Assembly (NCBI GenBank): GCA_052386995.1 | Contig: JBQTJP010000230.1 | Location: 1-37,069, forward strand | Source of the DNA: Armatimonadota bacterium | Lineage (GTDB): Bacteria; Sysuimicrobiota; Sysuimicrobiia; Sysuimicrobiales; Humicultoraceae | Length of the DNA: 37,069 nucleotides | Direction of reading: 5' to 3' | In this document: piece by piece, positions 29,875 to 37,069 of the stretch | Position numbering within the stretch: position 1 is the first letter of the stretch | Layout: each line of letters opens with the position of its first letter | Notes under the pieces: generated by a model | What the model was told of the DNA's origin: nothing | Database searches by the model: none | The model's input: only the letters and a program-made list of their open reading frames with translations | Translations under genes and position numbers: made by a program

Positions 29875-30816
29875 CTACTGGTTTGTCACTACGCGAGCCG
29901 TGTCCAGATTCCCAAGCATGTACCCGTAATCCCCAGGATTCACCGCCGTCAGGCCGGGCCGCAGCAGGATCACGACGTTCCGCGCAAACGGCGCCCGCAG
30001 CTCCTCGAGCGTTTCAAACGTGTAGGGCGAGACCACGCGCCCCAGCACTGTGCCCTTCGCGACCTCCCGACCCAACCCCTGTGGGTCGATCTGCGAATAC
30101 AACAGGCCTCCGTGGCCCGGGCGCAGCGTGCTGATCTCGGTGACGATGATCTGCCGCGAGGGCCGCTCCGGGCGGCCCTCGATCATCTCGAGGTGCCGCA
30201 TGACATTCAGCACACCGCGGAGGCCCAGCTCGATGTACTCGCCGTCCCGGACGTAGCCGCCGCCGATCTCGGCGACGACCGATGGCTTGCCCTGAGAGGC
30301 CGCGAGCGCACCCATCGTGCCGGCGTATCCCGAGACCGGACGCACCACCTGTTGGCCGAACGCCAGCGCCATGTCCACGTCGCGCAGGCTGATGCTGTAG
30401 TCGACGATGGGGAAGGTGCCTCCCGCGTGCAGATCCACCAGGTGTGTCACCTGATCGAGAAACTGGGCCTGCAGCGCATGGGCCAGACGCGCGGGCAGAT
30501 CGAGCGATGGATCGGCGGGGAATACGCGGTTCAGGTTGGCGATCTCGACGGCAAGCGGCGTGCCCCGCGTCAGCGTCTGGAAGGCCAGGGGGTTGGCGAC
30601 GGGGACCAGGCGGAGCCGGCCACGCAGGCGTGCCGGCTCGATGCGGTCGAGCAGCCGGCGGATGACCTCCGCCCCGGTGATCTCATCGCCGTGGATGAGG
30701 GCCGAGACCCCGAGGGTGGGGCCGTCGCGCGCGCCGTCGATCTCGTGCACCGCGACGCGCAGCGGCGCCCCGCTGGCCAGCGTGCACACCTCGATCCAGC
30801 GTATGGATGTGTTCAG
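29875..30816 (-). CDS. Succinylglutamate desuccinylase/aspartoacylase family (M14) deacylase
   Basis: IHGDE, VPVANP, NLNRVFP, VDLHAG, VAEIGGG; start probably CTG 30816 (GGAGG 7 nt upstream), otherwise GTG 30789. Confidence 0.88.
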   Translation of the reverse strand: MNTSIRWIEVCTLASGAPLRVAVHEIDGARDGPTLGVSALIHGDEITGAEVIRRLLDRIEPARLRGRLRLVPVANPLAFQTLTRGTPLAVEIANLNRVFPADPSLDLPARLAHALQAQFLDQVTHLVDLHAGGTFPIVDYSISLRDVDMALAFGQQVVRPVSGYAGTMGALAASQGKPSVVAEIGGGYVRDGEYIELGLRGVLNVMRHLEMIEGRPERPSRQIIVTEISTLRPGHGGLLYSQIDPQGLGREVAKGTVLGRVVSPYTFETLEELRAPFARNVVILLRPGLTAVNPGDYGYMLGNLDTARVVTNQ

Positions 30817-30924
30817 AGGTGGTCCTCCGTGCAGATGCGCTGCACGCGTGCTGGTTCGGTGTGCGCGCGTTCGCTCCTGCGCTGGGCCGTTGCAGGCTCA
30901 GGACCGGCACAAGACGGCCGGAAA

Positions 30925-30933
30925 TGTTACACT
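30925..30933 (+). promoter_or_regulatory. Extended -10 promoter implying a leaderless mRNA
   Basis: TG-T-TACACT located 6 nt before GTG 30940; no SD present. Confidence 0.5.
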
Positions 30934-30939
30934 GTAGCG

Positions 30940-31782
30940 GTGAGACTCTCCTCGAAGATCCGGCCGCGCCAGGACCCCAAGAAGATCTACGACATCCACG
31001 CCGATCAAGCCGCGGGACTGAGCTCCTCGGAGATTGCCGCCAAACACGACCTGCCGGCGGCGATGGTGATGGGCTTCCTACGGTCTAATGGGGAGACGTG
31101 CACGCTGGTCAGTCCATACAGCATCCGGCGAGAGCCCCGGCCAACCACGGCGTCCGTCCAGGTCTACTGGCTCGGGTTCATCGCCGCGAGCGGGCGGGTA
31201 TTCGGCCAAAATCACCTTACCACGTTGGTCCTGGAGATCCATCCCGAAGACGCGCCGCATGTCCAGACGCTCGTCCAAGACTTGATGGTCGGCCATGTGA
31301 CGTGTGAGTTCGCGGACAGCAGCCTGTACGGTCGTCAGGCATACGTGCGAGATCGCCAGCTTGCCGAGTCACTCCTCCAGTGGGGCATCTCGGCTGCGTC
31401 CCAGGACGGCTCGATCCCCATCGAGTTCATCCCGGAGGACCTTATGGCCGATTTTGTGCGCGGCTACCTCGAGGGAAGCCGCCACAGTCCTCCCTTCGGA
31501 GGTCTGCGTCACGAGGCCCCCTCGCCCCGGTCCCGCCGCTCCCTGACCCTGGTAGGACCTGCGCCGCTGGTTGACGGGCTCAAGCGTGTTCTCCAGTCGG
31601 TCTGCGGAGCACGCGGAGGTGCCGCACGGCCGTTTGGAACGCTCGGTCTGGAGCAAGTGGTCTTCCCGGCGGAAGATGGCGTTCGGGTCCTCGAATACGC
31701 GTATCGTCGCCCGATTCGTTCCATGCCGCGGGCCGCGAGATTCGTCGATTGGTTCGGGCAGCGGGAGAGCCGCCGGAGGTAA
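30940..31782 (+). CDS. HTH + degenerate double-motif LAGLIDADG endonuclease-like protein (280 aa)
   Basis: GLSSSEIAAKHDLP HTH-like segment; YWLGFIAASG and IPEDLMADFVRGYLEGSR match LAGLIDADG helices; the upstream 611 codons of the ORF-track call are antisense shadow. Confidence 0.7.
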   Translation: MRLSSKIRPRQDPKKIYDIHADQAAGLSSSEIAAKHDLPAAMVMGFLRSNGETCTLVSPYSIRREPRPTTASVQVYWLGFIAASGRVFGQNHLTTLVLEIHPEDAPHVQTLVQDLMVGHVTCEFADSSLYGRQAYVRDRQLAESLLQWGISAASQDGSIPIEFIPEDLMADFVRGYLEGSRHSPPFGGLRHEAPSPRSRRSLTLVGPAPLVDGLKRVLQSVCGARGGAARPFGTLGLEQVVFPAEDGVRVLEYAYRRPIRSMPRAARFVDWFGQRESRRR

Positions 31783-31785
31783 CCT

Positions 31786-32199
31786 ATGCAGGGGCGACTC
31801 ATGTTCTCCTTCATCGGCGAACTTCGGTCAATCGCTCGGGATCGCGAGAGCCTGGTCATCCACCGTGTTGTTACATGCGATGCGCGGCTCGACAATCAGG
31901 ATATCGCCATCCACACCCAGTGGATTCTGTTCGACGAGCCCGTCACGTGCTCCATCGGAGTATGGCCTGGGCGGGATGAAGATTCCGCGCCGATCTTCGA
32001 GGTGACGCAGGTCTTGGAGCCGGAGCCGACACCGGGGACGCTCGCGCGCCTGTGCACGGTCTCCGTACGGCTCAGGCGGGAAGTGCTCGCGCCCGCGTCG
32101 CTCTACTGGGTGAAAGTCTTCCACGGCGGCGAACTGGTCACCCAATACCCGTTGAAGCTGAGCGCCGAAGCCGCGAAGGAGCCGCAGGGCATTCATTGA
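31786..32199 (+). CDS. Hypothetical protein (beta-rich, 137 aa)
   Basis: GGAGGT SD inside the end of the upstream gene, 3-nt gap, ends shortly before a terminator. Confidence 0.7.
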   Translation: MQGRLMFSFIGELRSIARDRESLVIHRVVTCDARLDNQDIAIHTQWILFDEPVTCSIGVWPGRDEDSAPIFEVTQVLEPEPTPGTLARLCTVSVRLRREVLAPASLYWVKVFHGGELVTQYPLKLSAEAAKEPQGIH

Positions 32200-32245
32200 C
32201 GTAGGGCCGGACGGCGGCGTGCCGCTGGCCGGAACTCTGCGCTGC

Positions 32246-32286
32246 AAAAGCGAGAGAGGCCGGAGGTCCGGCCTCTCTCGAGCTTT
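32246..32286. terminator. Intrinsic terminator, probably bidirectional
   Basis: CGAGAGAGGCCGGA/TCCGGCCTCTCTCG inverted repeat (32251-32280) flanked by AAAAG and CTTT, between convergent genes. Confidence 0.85.
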
Positions 32287-32295
32287 CTGTTCCGG

Positions 32296-32505
32296 TTACC
32301 CTTGAACCGTTCGAACGTTCACTGCCTGGGGCCCCTTCTGGCCCTGCGTAACCTCGAACTCTACCTTCTCGCCCTCATTGAGGGTTCGGAAGCCGTCAGC
32401 CTGAATTGCGCTGTGGTGGACGAAGAGATCCTTGGTCCCGTCATCCGGTGTGATGAAGCCGTACCCTTTCTCTGCGCTAAACCACTTGACTGACCCTCGT
32501 GCCAT
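32296..32505 (-). CDS. cspA: Cold-shock protein (CspA family)
   Basis: [34 protein letters not shown] (RNP1/RNP2), [10 protein letters not shown]. Confidence 0.96.
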   Translation of the reverse strand: MARGSVKWFSAEKGYGFITPDDGTKDLFVHHSAIQADGFRTLNEGEKVEFEVTQGQKGPQAVNVRTVQG

Positions 32506-32724
32506 CTGATCATCGCCCCTTCTCACGTTGCTCCCCATTGACCGCATGGCCACGAGGGCCTTCCCATCGTCTCGCGTCTGACCGGACTTGTCAATGTGAG
32601 CACCAGGATCCGGCCGCGGCCGCCGCATGGATCACTCGGGCAGGTCGACGGACGGATCGGCCGGAAGAGGCGATTGAGGAGCCGGCGGCACCGTGCGGGC
32701 GGCAATCCCAGGCGGAGGTGGTCC

Positions 32725-34107
32725 GTGCAACATGATGACTTGTTGAAGGACCTTGCGCTGTACCCTCTGCTCGACGCGCTCATAGGCCGGCGCTCGCGCC
32801 GCTTCGGCAGCGGGTTTCACCTTGACGGCGGGCCGCTGACCTACAGGAGCGCGCTGCAGCCACAACCGCTGACGCTCGCGGAGGAAGCCGCCCTCGCCTT
32901 TGCCGCCTGCGGCATCACCGGGTTCACGCTCAGCGAGCTGCCGTTCGAGAGCGGCTCGAAGCCAGAATCCGGCAGCGGCAACATCCTCGTCCAGTTCGTC
33001 GGCCGCGCCGTGGCCAGCGCCGACACGATCCACACGGTGATCGTGTTCGTCATCAACGACGACGGCGTGTGGATGATCAGGCGACCGCAGGACCTCCCAC
33101 GCACCGAGCTTACTGCGCTGGTGCAGATGGCCCGCGACCAGCAGCTGACAGAACAGTACGAGCGCATCCGGACGCTCATCGCCGGCCGCCGCCTGGACGT
33201 GCCACGCGAGGTTCCGTTTGTCCCGGCGTTCAACAAGTGGTCGGCGAATCTCCCTGGGTCGACGTACTTCGTGCCGGTGAACGAACTGACGGCAATCTAC
33301 ATCAATGTCCTCCTGACGGCCCTCAACGAGGAGTTCGGCTACTTCGTGGTGGACGAGCGCCACGCTTATCGGCCGGCCGGCCTGGCGAGGTTCGGACGGT
33401 CACGCGGCGGACATCTCCACGACGATCCGTCCGCCGGCCGACTCGGCACGATCGGCGCGCTGGACGCCTGGATGCTCGAGTTCACGGCGCTGGAGCAGGG
33501 AGGCATCTTGCAGAACCTCGGGTTGATGACGCAGGCGTTGGGCCTGGGGGGCTTTCCGCACTTCGCGGCCCACCCATTCGCGTGGTTTCAGACGCTTGGG
33601 TTCACGATGGAGCACCCGCGGTTCTCGCGCGTCTTCGGGCTCGGTCCGATCATGCGCGCGCTGGTGAGGGCGTTGAAGCGGGACGCGCCGGTCCCGACGG
33701 CTGTCGGCCTGGAACGCGACGGGGAGATCCTGATCAAACCGTTCTGTCCGCCGTACTACCGGAACATGGAAGAGGCCGTACTGGCGTTCATCGACTACAA
33801 GTACGCCGAAGGGACGGGCACGCTGCGGGACGGCGGCATCGCCTCCGGCTGGCGCGACGGGCCTTCGGTGCAGGCGGGCATCCCGCGCTACTCGGACAGG
33901 ACGATCGCGGCTGTGGTCGCCTACTGCAACTATGTCTACACACGCTACGGCCGATTTCCCGCCATCAGTGGGCCTTTCCGCACGATCCTCGCCTATCAGG
34001 CCCACCATCTCGATCTCGCATTCTACGATCATTTCTACCGACCGGAAGTGGTGACGGAGGCGCAGCATGGCCACCAGCGCCGCTGGCACGAGCGCGGGGA
34101 GCCGTGA
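32725..34107 (+). CDS. Large nitroreductase-fold (SagB-like) FMN protein of unknown function
   Basis: LIGRRSRRF FMN-binding motif, GRAVASAD, EQGGILQNLGLMTQALGLGG; GTG 32725 with GGAGGT SD. Confidence 0.65.
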   Translation: MQHDDLLKDLALYPLLDALIGRRSRRFGSGFHLDGGPLTYRSALQPQPLTLAEEAALAFAACGITGFTLSELPFESGSKPESGSGNILVQFVGRAVASADTIHTVIVFVINDDGVWMIRRPQDLPRTELTALVQMARDQQLTEQYERIRTLIAGRRLDVPREVPFVPAFNKWSANLPGSTYFVPVNELTAIYINVLLTALNEEFGYFVVDERHAYRPAGLARFGRSRGGHLHDDPSAGRLGTIGALDAWMLEFTALEQGGILQNLGLMTQALGLGGFPHFAAHPFAWFQTLGFTMEHPRFSRVFGLGPIMRALVRALKRDAPVPTAVGLERDGEILIKPFCPPYYRNMEEAVLAFIDYKYAEGTGTLRDGGIASGWRDGPSVQAGIPRYSDRTIAAVVAYCNYVYTRYGRFPAISGPFRTILAYQAHHLDLAFYDHFYRPEVVTEAQHGHQRRWHERGEP

Positions 34108-34172
34108 AGGGGATGGGAAATCACAAGGAGAAGGGAGGCCGCGTGCGATCGGGTCAAACGCGGAGGTGTGGC

Positions 34173-34637
34173 GTGGCTGACGCAATTCATCTGTCCAAGA
34201 TCCGCGTCGTTCAGGAGAAGCGGCCCAAGCGGCGGGCCTACATCGCCGATTTCCCGCAGCCGGTATTCTTTGGAGTACACGCGGGCGTCGCGGCCTTCTA
34301 CAAGATGACGCCGGAAGAACCCCTGCCTTCTACGCTGGACTACCTGGTCGCAGCGGCGGCCGGCTGACTCACCGGCACCCTGGCGGGCGCGCTGGAGGCG
34401 CGTGGCATCCCGAGTCATCCCGAGAAACTCTGGACCGAGGCCGAGGGCACGATCACGGCGCCGGAAGGTGTGATGAAAGTCTCGCACATCCGCGTGACCT
34501 ATCATGTGAAGATTCCCGCCGGGAAGCGTCCCGAAGCCGAGCGGGCGCTGAGCGTCGTCGAGCGCGGGTGTCCGGTAGCGCAGACCCTCAAGGGGTGTGT
34601 GACGCTCGAGTATCACTCTCAGATCACCGAAGAGTGA
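34173..34637 (+). CDS. OsmC/Ohr family protein with in-frame UGA, probable selenoprotein (154 aa, Sec65)
   Basis: GGAGGT SD and GTG 34173; ...STLDYLVAAAAG-[TGA 34365-34367]-LTGTLAGALEARGI...IRVTYHV...ERGCPVAQTLKG...TEE*; frame stays open for 89 codons after the UGA. Confidence 0.85.
34365..34417 (+). promoter_or_regulatory. Candidate bacterial SECIS element
   Basis: Stem GCGCGC (34387-34392)/GCGCGT (34398-34403) with loop TGGAG 25 nt after the UGA; TGACTC (34365-34370) can pair with GAGTCA (34412-34417). Confidence 0.6.
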
Positions 34638-34644
34638 ACGGGTT

Positions 34645-35484
34645 GTGGGTGCTGCCGCGCCGGATCATCATCGTGCGACGGTCGCAGGCGAGGCGATCAG
34701 CTTCCTGCACGTCACCAAGCGGTTTGTCTCGCCCGACGGTGCGGCCTATACCGCCATAGAAGACATCAGCTTTCCGGTGGCACGGGGGCAGTTCGTGTCG
34801 ATCGTGGGGCCTACCGGATGCGGGAAGAGCACGCTCCTCAACCTGGCAGCCGGTTTGCTGCAGGCCGACGACGGCGCCGTCGAGATATTCGAGCGGCCGC
34901 TGGTCGGACTCAACCCCCACGCCACATACATGTTTCAGCAGGACGTGCTGCTGCCGTGGAAGAGCGCCGAAGAGAACGTGATGCTCGGGCTGCTGTTCCG
35001 CCGCAACAATGAGGCCGCGGCACGCACGCGGGCCCACGAGCTGCTCGCCCGCGTCGGGCTTGCCGGATTCGAGCGGCACTACCCGCACCAGCTCTCCGGG
35101 GGCATGCGCAAGCGGGTCGCACTGGCGCAGAACCTCATCGTCAATCCGGAAATTCTCTTGATGGACGAGCCGTTCAGCGCGCTCGACGTGCAGACGCGCC
35201 AGATCATGGAAAACGATGTGCTGCGGCTGTGGTCCGAGTTTCGCAAGACGGTGCTCTTCGTCACCCACGACCTTGAAGAAGCCATTGCGCTCGCCGACCG
35301 CGTCATTGTGCTGTCGAGCGGACCGGCCGCGCGCGTGATCGGCGACTACACCATCGACCTGTCCCGCCCCCGCGATGTGAGCGAGGTGCGGCTCGACCGT
35401 GCCTTTCTGGAAGTCTACCGGACGATCTGGCAGCATCTCCACGGCGAGGTGAAGAAGGCGTATGAACGGGCGCGGGCGCCGTAG
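34645..35484 (+). CDS. ABC transporter ATP-binding protein (NitT/TauT family)
   Basis: GPTGCGKST, YPHQLSGGMRKR, LMDEPFSALDVQTR, FVTHDLEEA. Confidence 0.92.
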   Translation: MGAAAPDHHRATVAGEAISFLHVTKRFVSPDGAAYTAIEDISFPVARGQFVSIVGPTGCGKSTLLNLAAGLLQADDGAVEIFERPLVGLNPHATYMFQQDVLLPWKSAEENVMLGLLFRRNNEAAARTRAHELLARVGLAGFERHYPHQLSGGMRKRVALAQNLIVNPEILLMDEPFSALDVQTRQIMENDVLRLWSEFRKTVLFVTHDLEEAIALADRVIVLSSGPAARVIGDYTIDLSRPRDVSEVRLDRAFLEVYRTIWQHLHGEVKKAYERARAP

Positions 35485-36244
35485 CCTCATCGCCTGGCAG
35501 GTCGGCGTGCTTGTGGTCAGCATCGCGGCCTGGGAAGGCTTCGCCGCGCGCGGGGGGCTGGACCCGTTGTTCTTCAGCCGCCCATCCCATGTGGCTGCGC
35601 GCGTCCTTCAGTGGTTTGCAACCGGCAGCATCTACCGGCACATCGCGGTGACCACCCAGGAGATGCTGGGGGCGTTCTTCGCCGGCGCGACGCTCGGCGT
35701 CATCTTCGGCTTCCTCTTTGCGCGTTCGCCGGCCATTTCCCGGGTCTTCGAGCCGTACATCAAGATCGCGAACGCCCTGCCGCGCATTGTCCTGGCCCCG
35801 ATCTTCACGCTCTGGTTCGGCCTGGGGATCCTGTCCAAGATCGTGTTCGGCGTCACACTGGTGTTCTTTATTGTGTTCTTCAACACATATCAGGGTGTGC
35901 GGGATGTCGACCGGAACATCCTCAACAGTGCGCGAATGCTCGGCGCTACCGAGCGGGACCTGGTGCGCCATGTCCTGCTCCCGTCGGCCATGACCTGGAT
36001 TCTGGCGAGCCTGCACACGAGCGTGGGGCTGGCCCTGGTCGGAGCGGTCGTCGGGGAGTACCTTGGCTCCGCGCGCGGCCTAGGGTACATTATCGCTCAG
36101 GCGGAGGGCGTGTTTGACACCACCGGGGTCTTTGCGGGTATCGTGGTACTCTCCGTGTTCGTCCTGCTCATTGACGCGGTCGTTACTGTGATCGAGCGTC
36201 GAACCCTCGTGTGGAAACCGGGATCGCAGAGTGAGGCGCGATAA
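35462..36244 (+). CDS. ABC transporter permease (NitT/TauT family)
   Basis: FFSRPS, NALPRIVLAPIFTLWFGLG, GAVVGEYLGSARGLGY. Confidence 0.92.
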   Translation: MNGRGRRSLIAWQVGVLVVSIAAWEGFAARGGLDPLFFSRPSHVAARVLQWFATGSIYRHIAVTTQEMLGAFFAGATLGVIFGFLFARSPAISRVFEPYIKIANALPRIVLAPIFTLWFGLGILSKIVFGVTLVFFIVFFNTYQGVRDVDRNILNSARMLGATERDLVRHVLLPSAMTWILASLHTSVGLALVGAVVGEYLGSARGLGYIIAQAEGVFDTTGVFAGIVVLSVFVLLIDAVVTVIERRTLVWKPGSQSEAR

Positions 36245-36272
36245 CGCTGTCAGCGTTCGAGGAGGGAGAACA

Positions 36273-37069
36273 ATGATCGCAGCAACATTGAGACTCGCCG
36301 CGGTGGCTCTGCTGATCGCCGCGCTCGCGGCGCCGGGCTTTGGTCAGCCCGCGGCCGAGCGACCGGAGAAGCCGCGGTTCGTGATAGCGGTCGGGGGCCA
36401 GGAGGCGCTTGTCTACCTGCCGTTCAACGTCGCGGCCCGTCTGGGGTACTTCAAGGAGGCCGGGCTGGACCCGGACATCCAGAACTTTGCTGGCGGAGGC
36501 CTGGCGCTGCGGGCCCTGATCGGCGGGAGCGCGGAGGCCGTCAGCGGCTTCTACGATCACACGATCCAGATGCAGGCCCAGGGACGCAAGATTAAGTGCG
36601 TCGTGATGCAGCAGCGCTATCCCGGTCTGGTCCTGGCGGTGGCCAAACACGCCGCGGATGCCGGGTTCCGCAGCCTCAGCGATCTACGGGGCAAGAAGAT
36701 CGGCGTCACTGCGCCCGGCTCATCGACGCACTTCTTCGTCAACTTTCTAGCGACGCGCAACGGCATTAGCCTGGACGAGATCAGCATTATCGGCATCGGT
36801 GCCGGCGCCACCGCGCTCGCCGCGGTTCGAGCGAAGCAGGTAGACGCGCTCAGCAACGTCGAGCCGACGATCTCGACACTGCAGACCAGCGGGGACATCA
36901 CTGTGGCGCTCGCCGATACGCGCACGACCATCGGCACGCTACGGGTCTTCGGCGGTCCCTATCCCGCCGCGTGCGTCTACTTCAAGGAAGAGTTCATCCA
37001 AGAGAATCCCAAGACCGTGCAGGCGACGGTCACGGCGATTGTCCGCGCGCTGCGCTGGATCAAGACACA
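36273..37069 (+). CDS. ABC transporter substrate-binding protein (NitT/TauT family), 3'-truncated by the window edge
   Basis: Not in the ORF track. GAGGAGGGAG SD, ATG 36273, signal peptide, IAVGGQEALVYLP, GYFKEAGL, DLRGKKIGVTAPGSST; open to the end. Confidence 0.9.
   Translation, partial: MIAATLRLAAVALLIAALAAPGFGQPAAERPEKPRFVIAVGGQEALVYLPFNVAARLGYFKEAGLDPDIQNFAGGGLALRALIGGSAEAVSGFYDHTIQMQAQGRKIKCVVMQQRYPGLVLAVAKHAADAGFRSLSDLRGKKIGVTAPGSSTHFFVNFLATRNGISLDEISIIGIGAGATALAAVRAKQVDALSNVEPTISTLQTSGDITVALADTRTTIGTLRVFGGPYPAACVYFKEEFIQENPKTVQATVTAIVRALRWIKT

Noticed and set aside
29107..30939. N-terminal 611 codons of the 891-aa plus-strand ORF
   Set aside because: Antisense shadow of the SBP and M14 genes; only the part from GTG 30940 looks like a real protein.
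30940..31782. Intein or group I intron interpretation of the LAGLIDADG-like ORF
   Set aside because: No N-terminal Cys/Ser block or C-terminal His-Asn, no interrupted host gene, and it has its own promoter-like signal.
32725..34107. RiPP (azole) biosynthesis role for the SagB-like protein
   Set aside because: No YcaO, E1-like protein or Cys/Ser/Thr-rich precursor peptide in the window.
33069..34172. 432-aa plus-strand ORF overlapping the nitroreductase-fold gene
   Set aside because: Arg/Gly-rich off-frame translation; only its last 64 codons are real, as the N-terminal half of the OsmC protein.

Overview
High-GC bacterial chromosomal window dominated by catabolic and ABC-transport clusters. 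(1) 89-13546, minus strand: coxS-L-M-type (form II, AYRGAGR) molybdo-hydroxylase, TetR, an atypical KAS-III-fold enzyme, acyl-CoA ligase, alpha/beta hydrolase, a Liv-type ABC transporter and 3-hydroxybutyrate dehydrogenase. (2) A divergent acetyl/acetoacetyl-CoA synthetase-like gene flanked by two internally deleted nuclease-family remnants (DUF222/HNH-like and Uma2). (3) An IclR gene divergent from an NMT1/TauABC-type ABC + FAD oxidoreductase + enoyl-CoA hydratase + class III CoA-transferase operon. (4) Small hypothetical membrane/secreted genes. (5) An M14 deacylase with a PotABCD-like ABC transporter. (6) An HTH-fused LAGLIDADG-like protein with both catalytic Asp replaced by Ser, a partner ORF and a cold-shock gene. 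(7) A nitroreductase-fold protein, an OsmC-family gene split by an in-frame UGA at the catalytic Cys position, and a NitT/TauT ABC transporter running off the window end. The OsmC gene is missed by the ORF track, has a SECIS-like hairpin and is a probable selenoprotein. Main highlights: the probable selenoprotein operon, the apparently domesticated LAGLIDADG pair, the Cys-to-Ser KAS III, and repeated CTG start-codon candidates. All family assignments are from motif recognition by eye; no searches were run.
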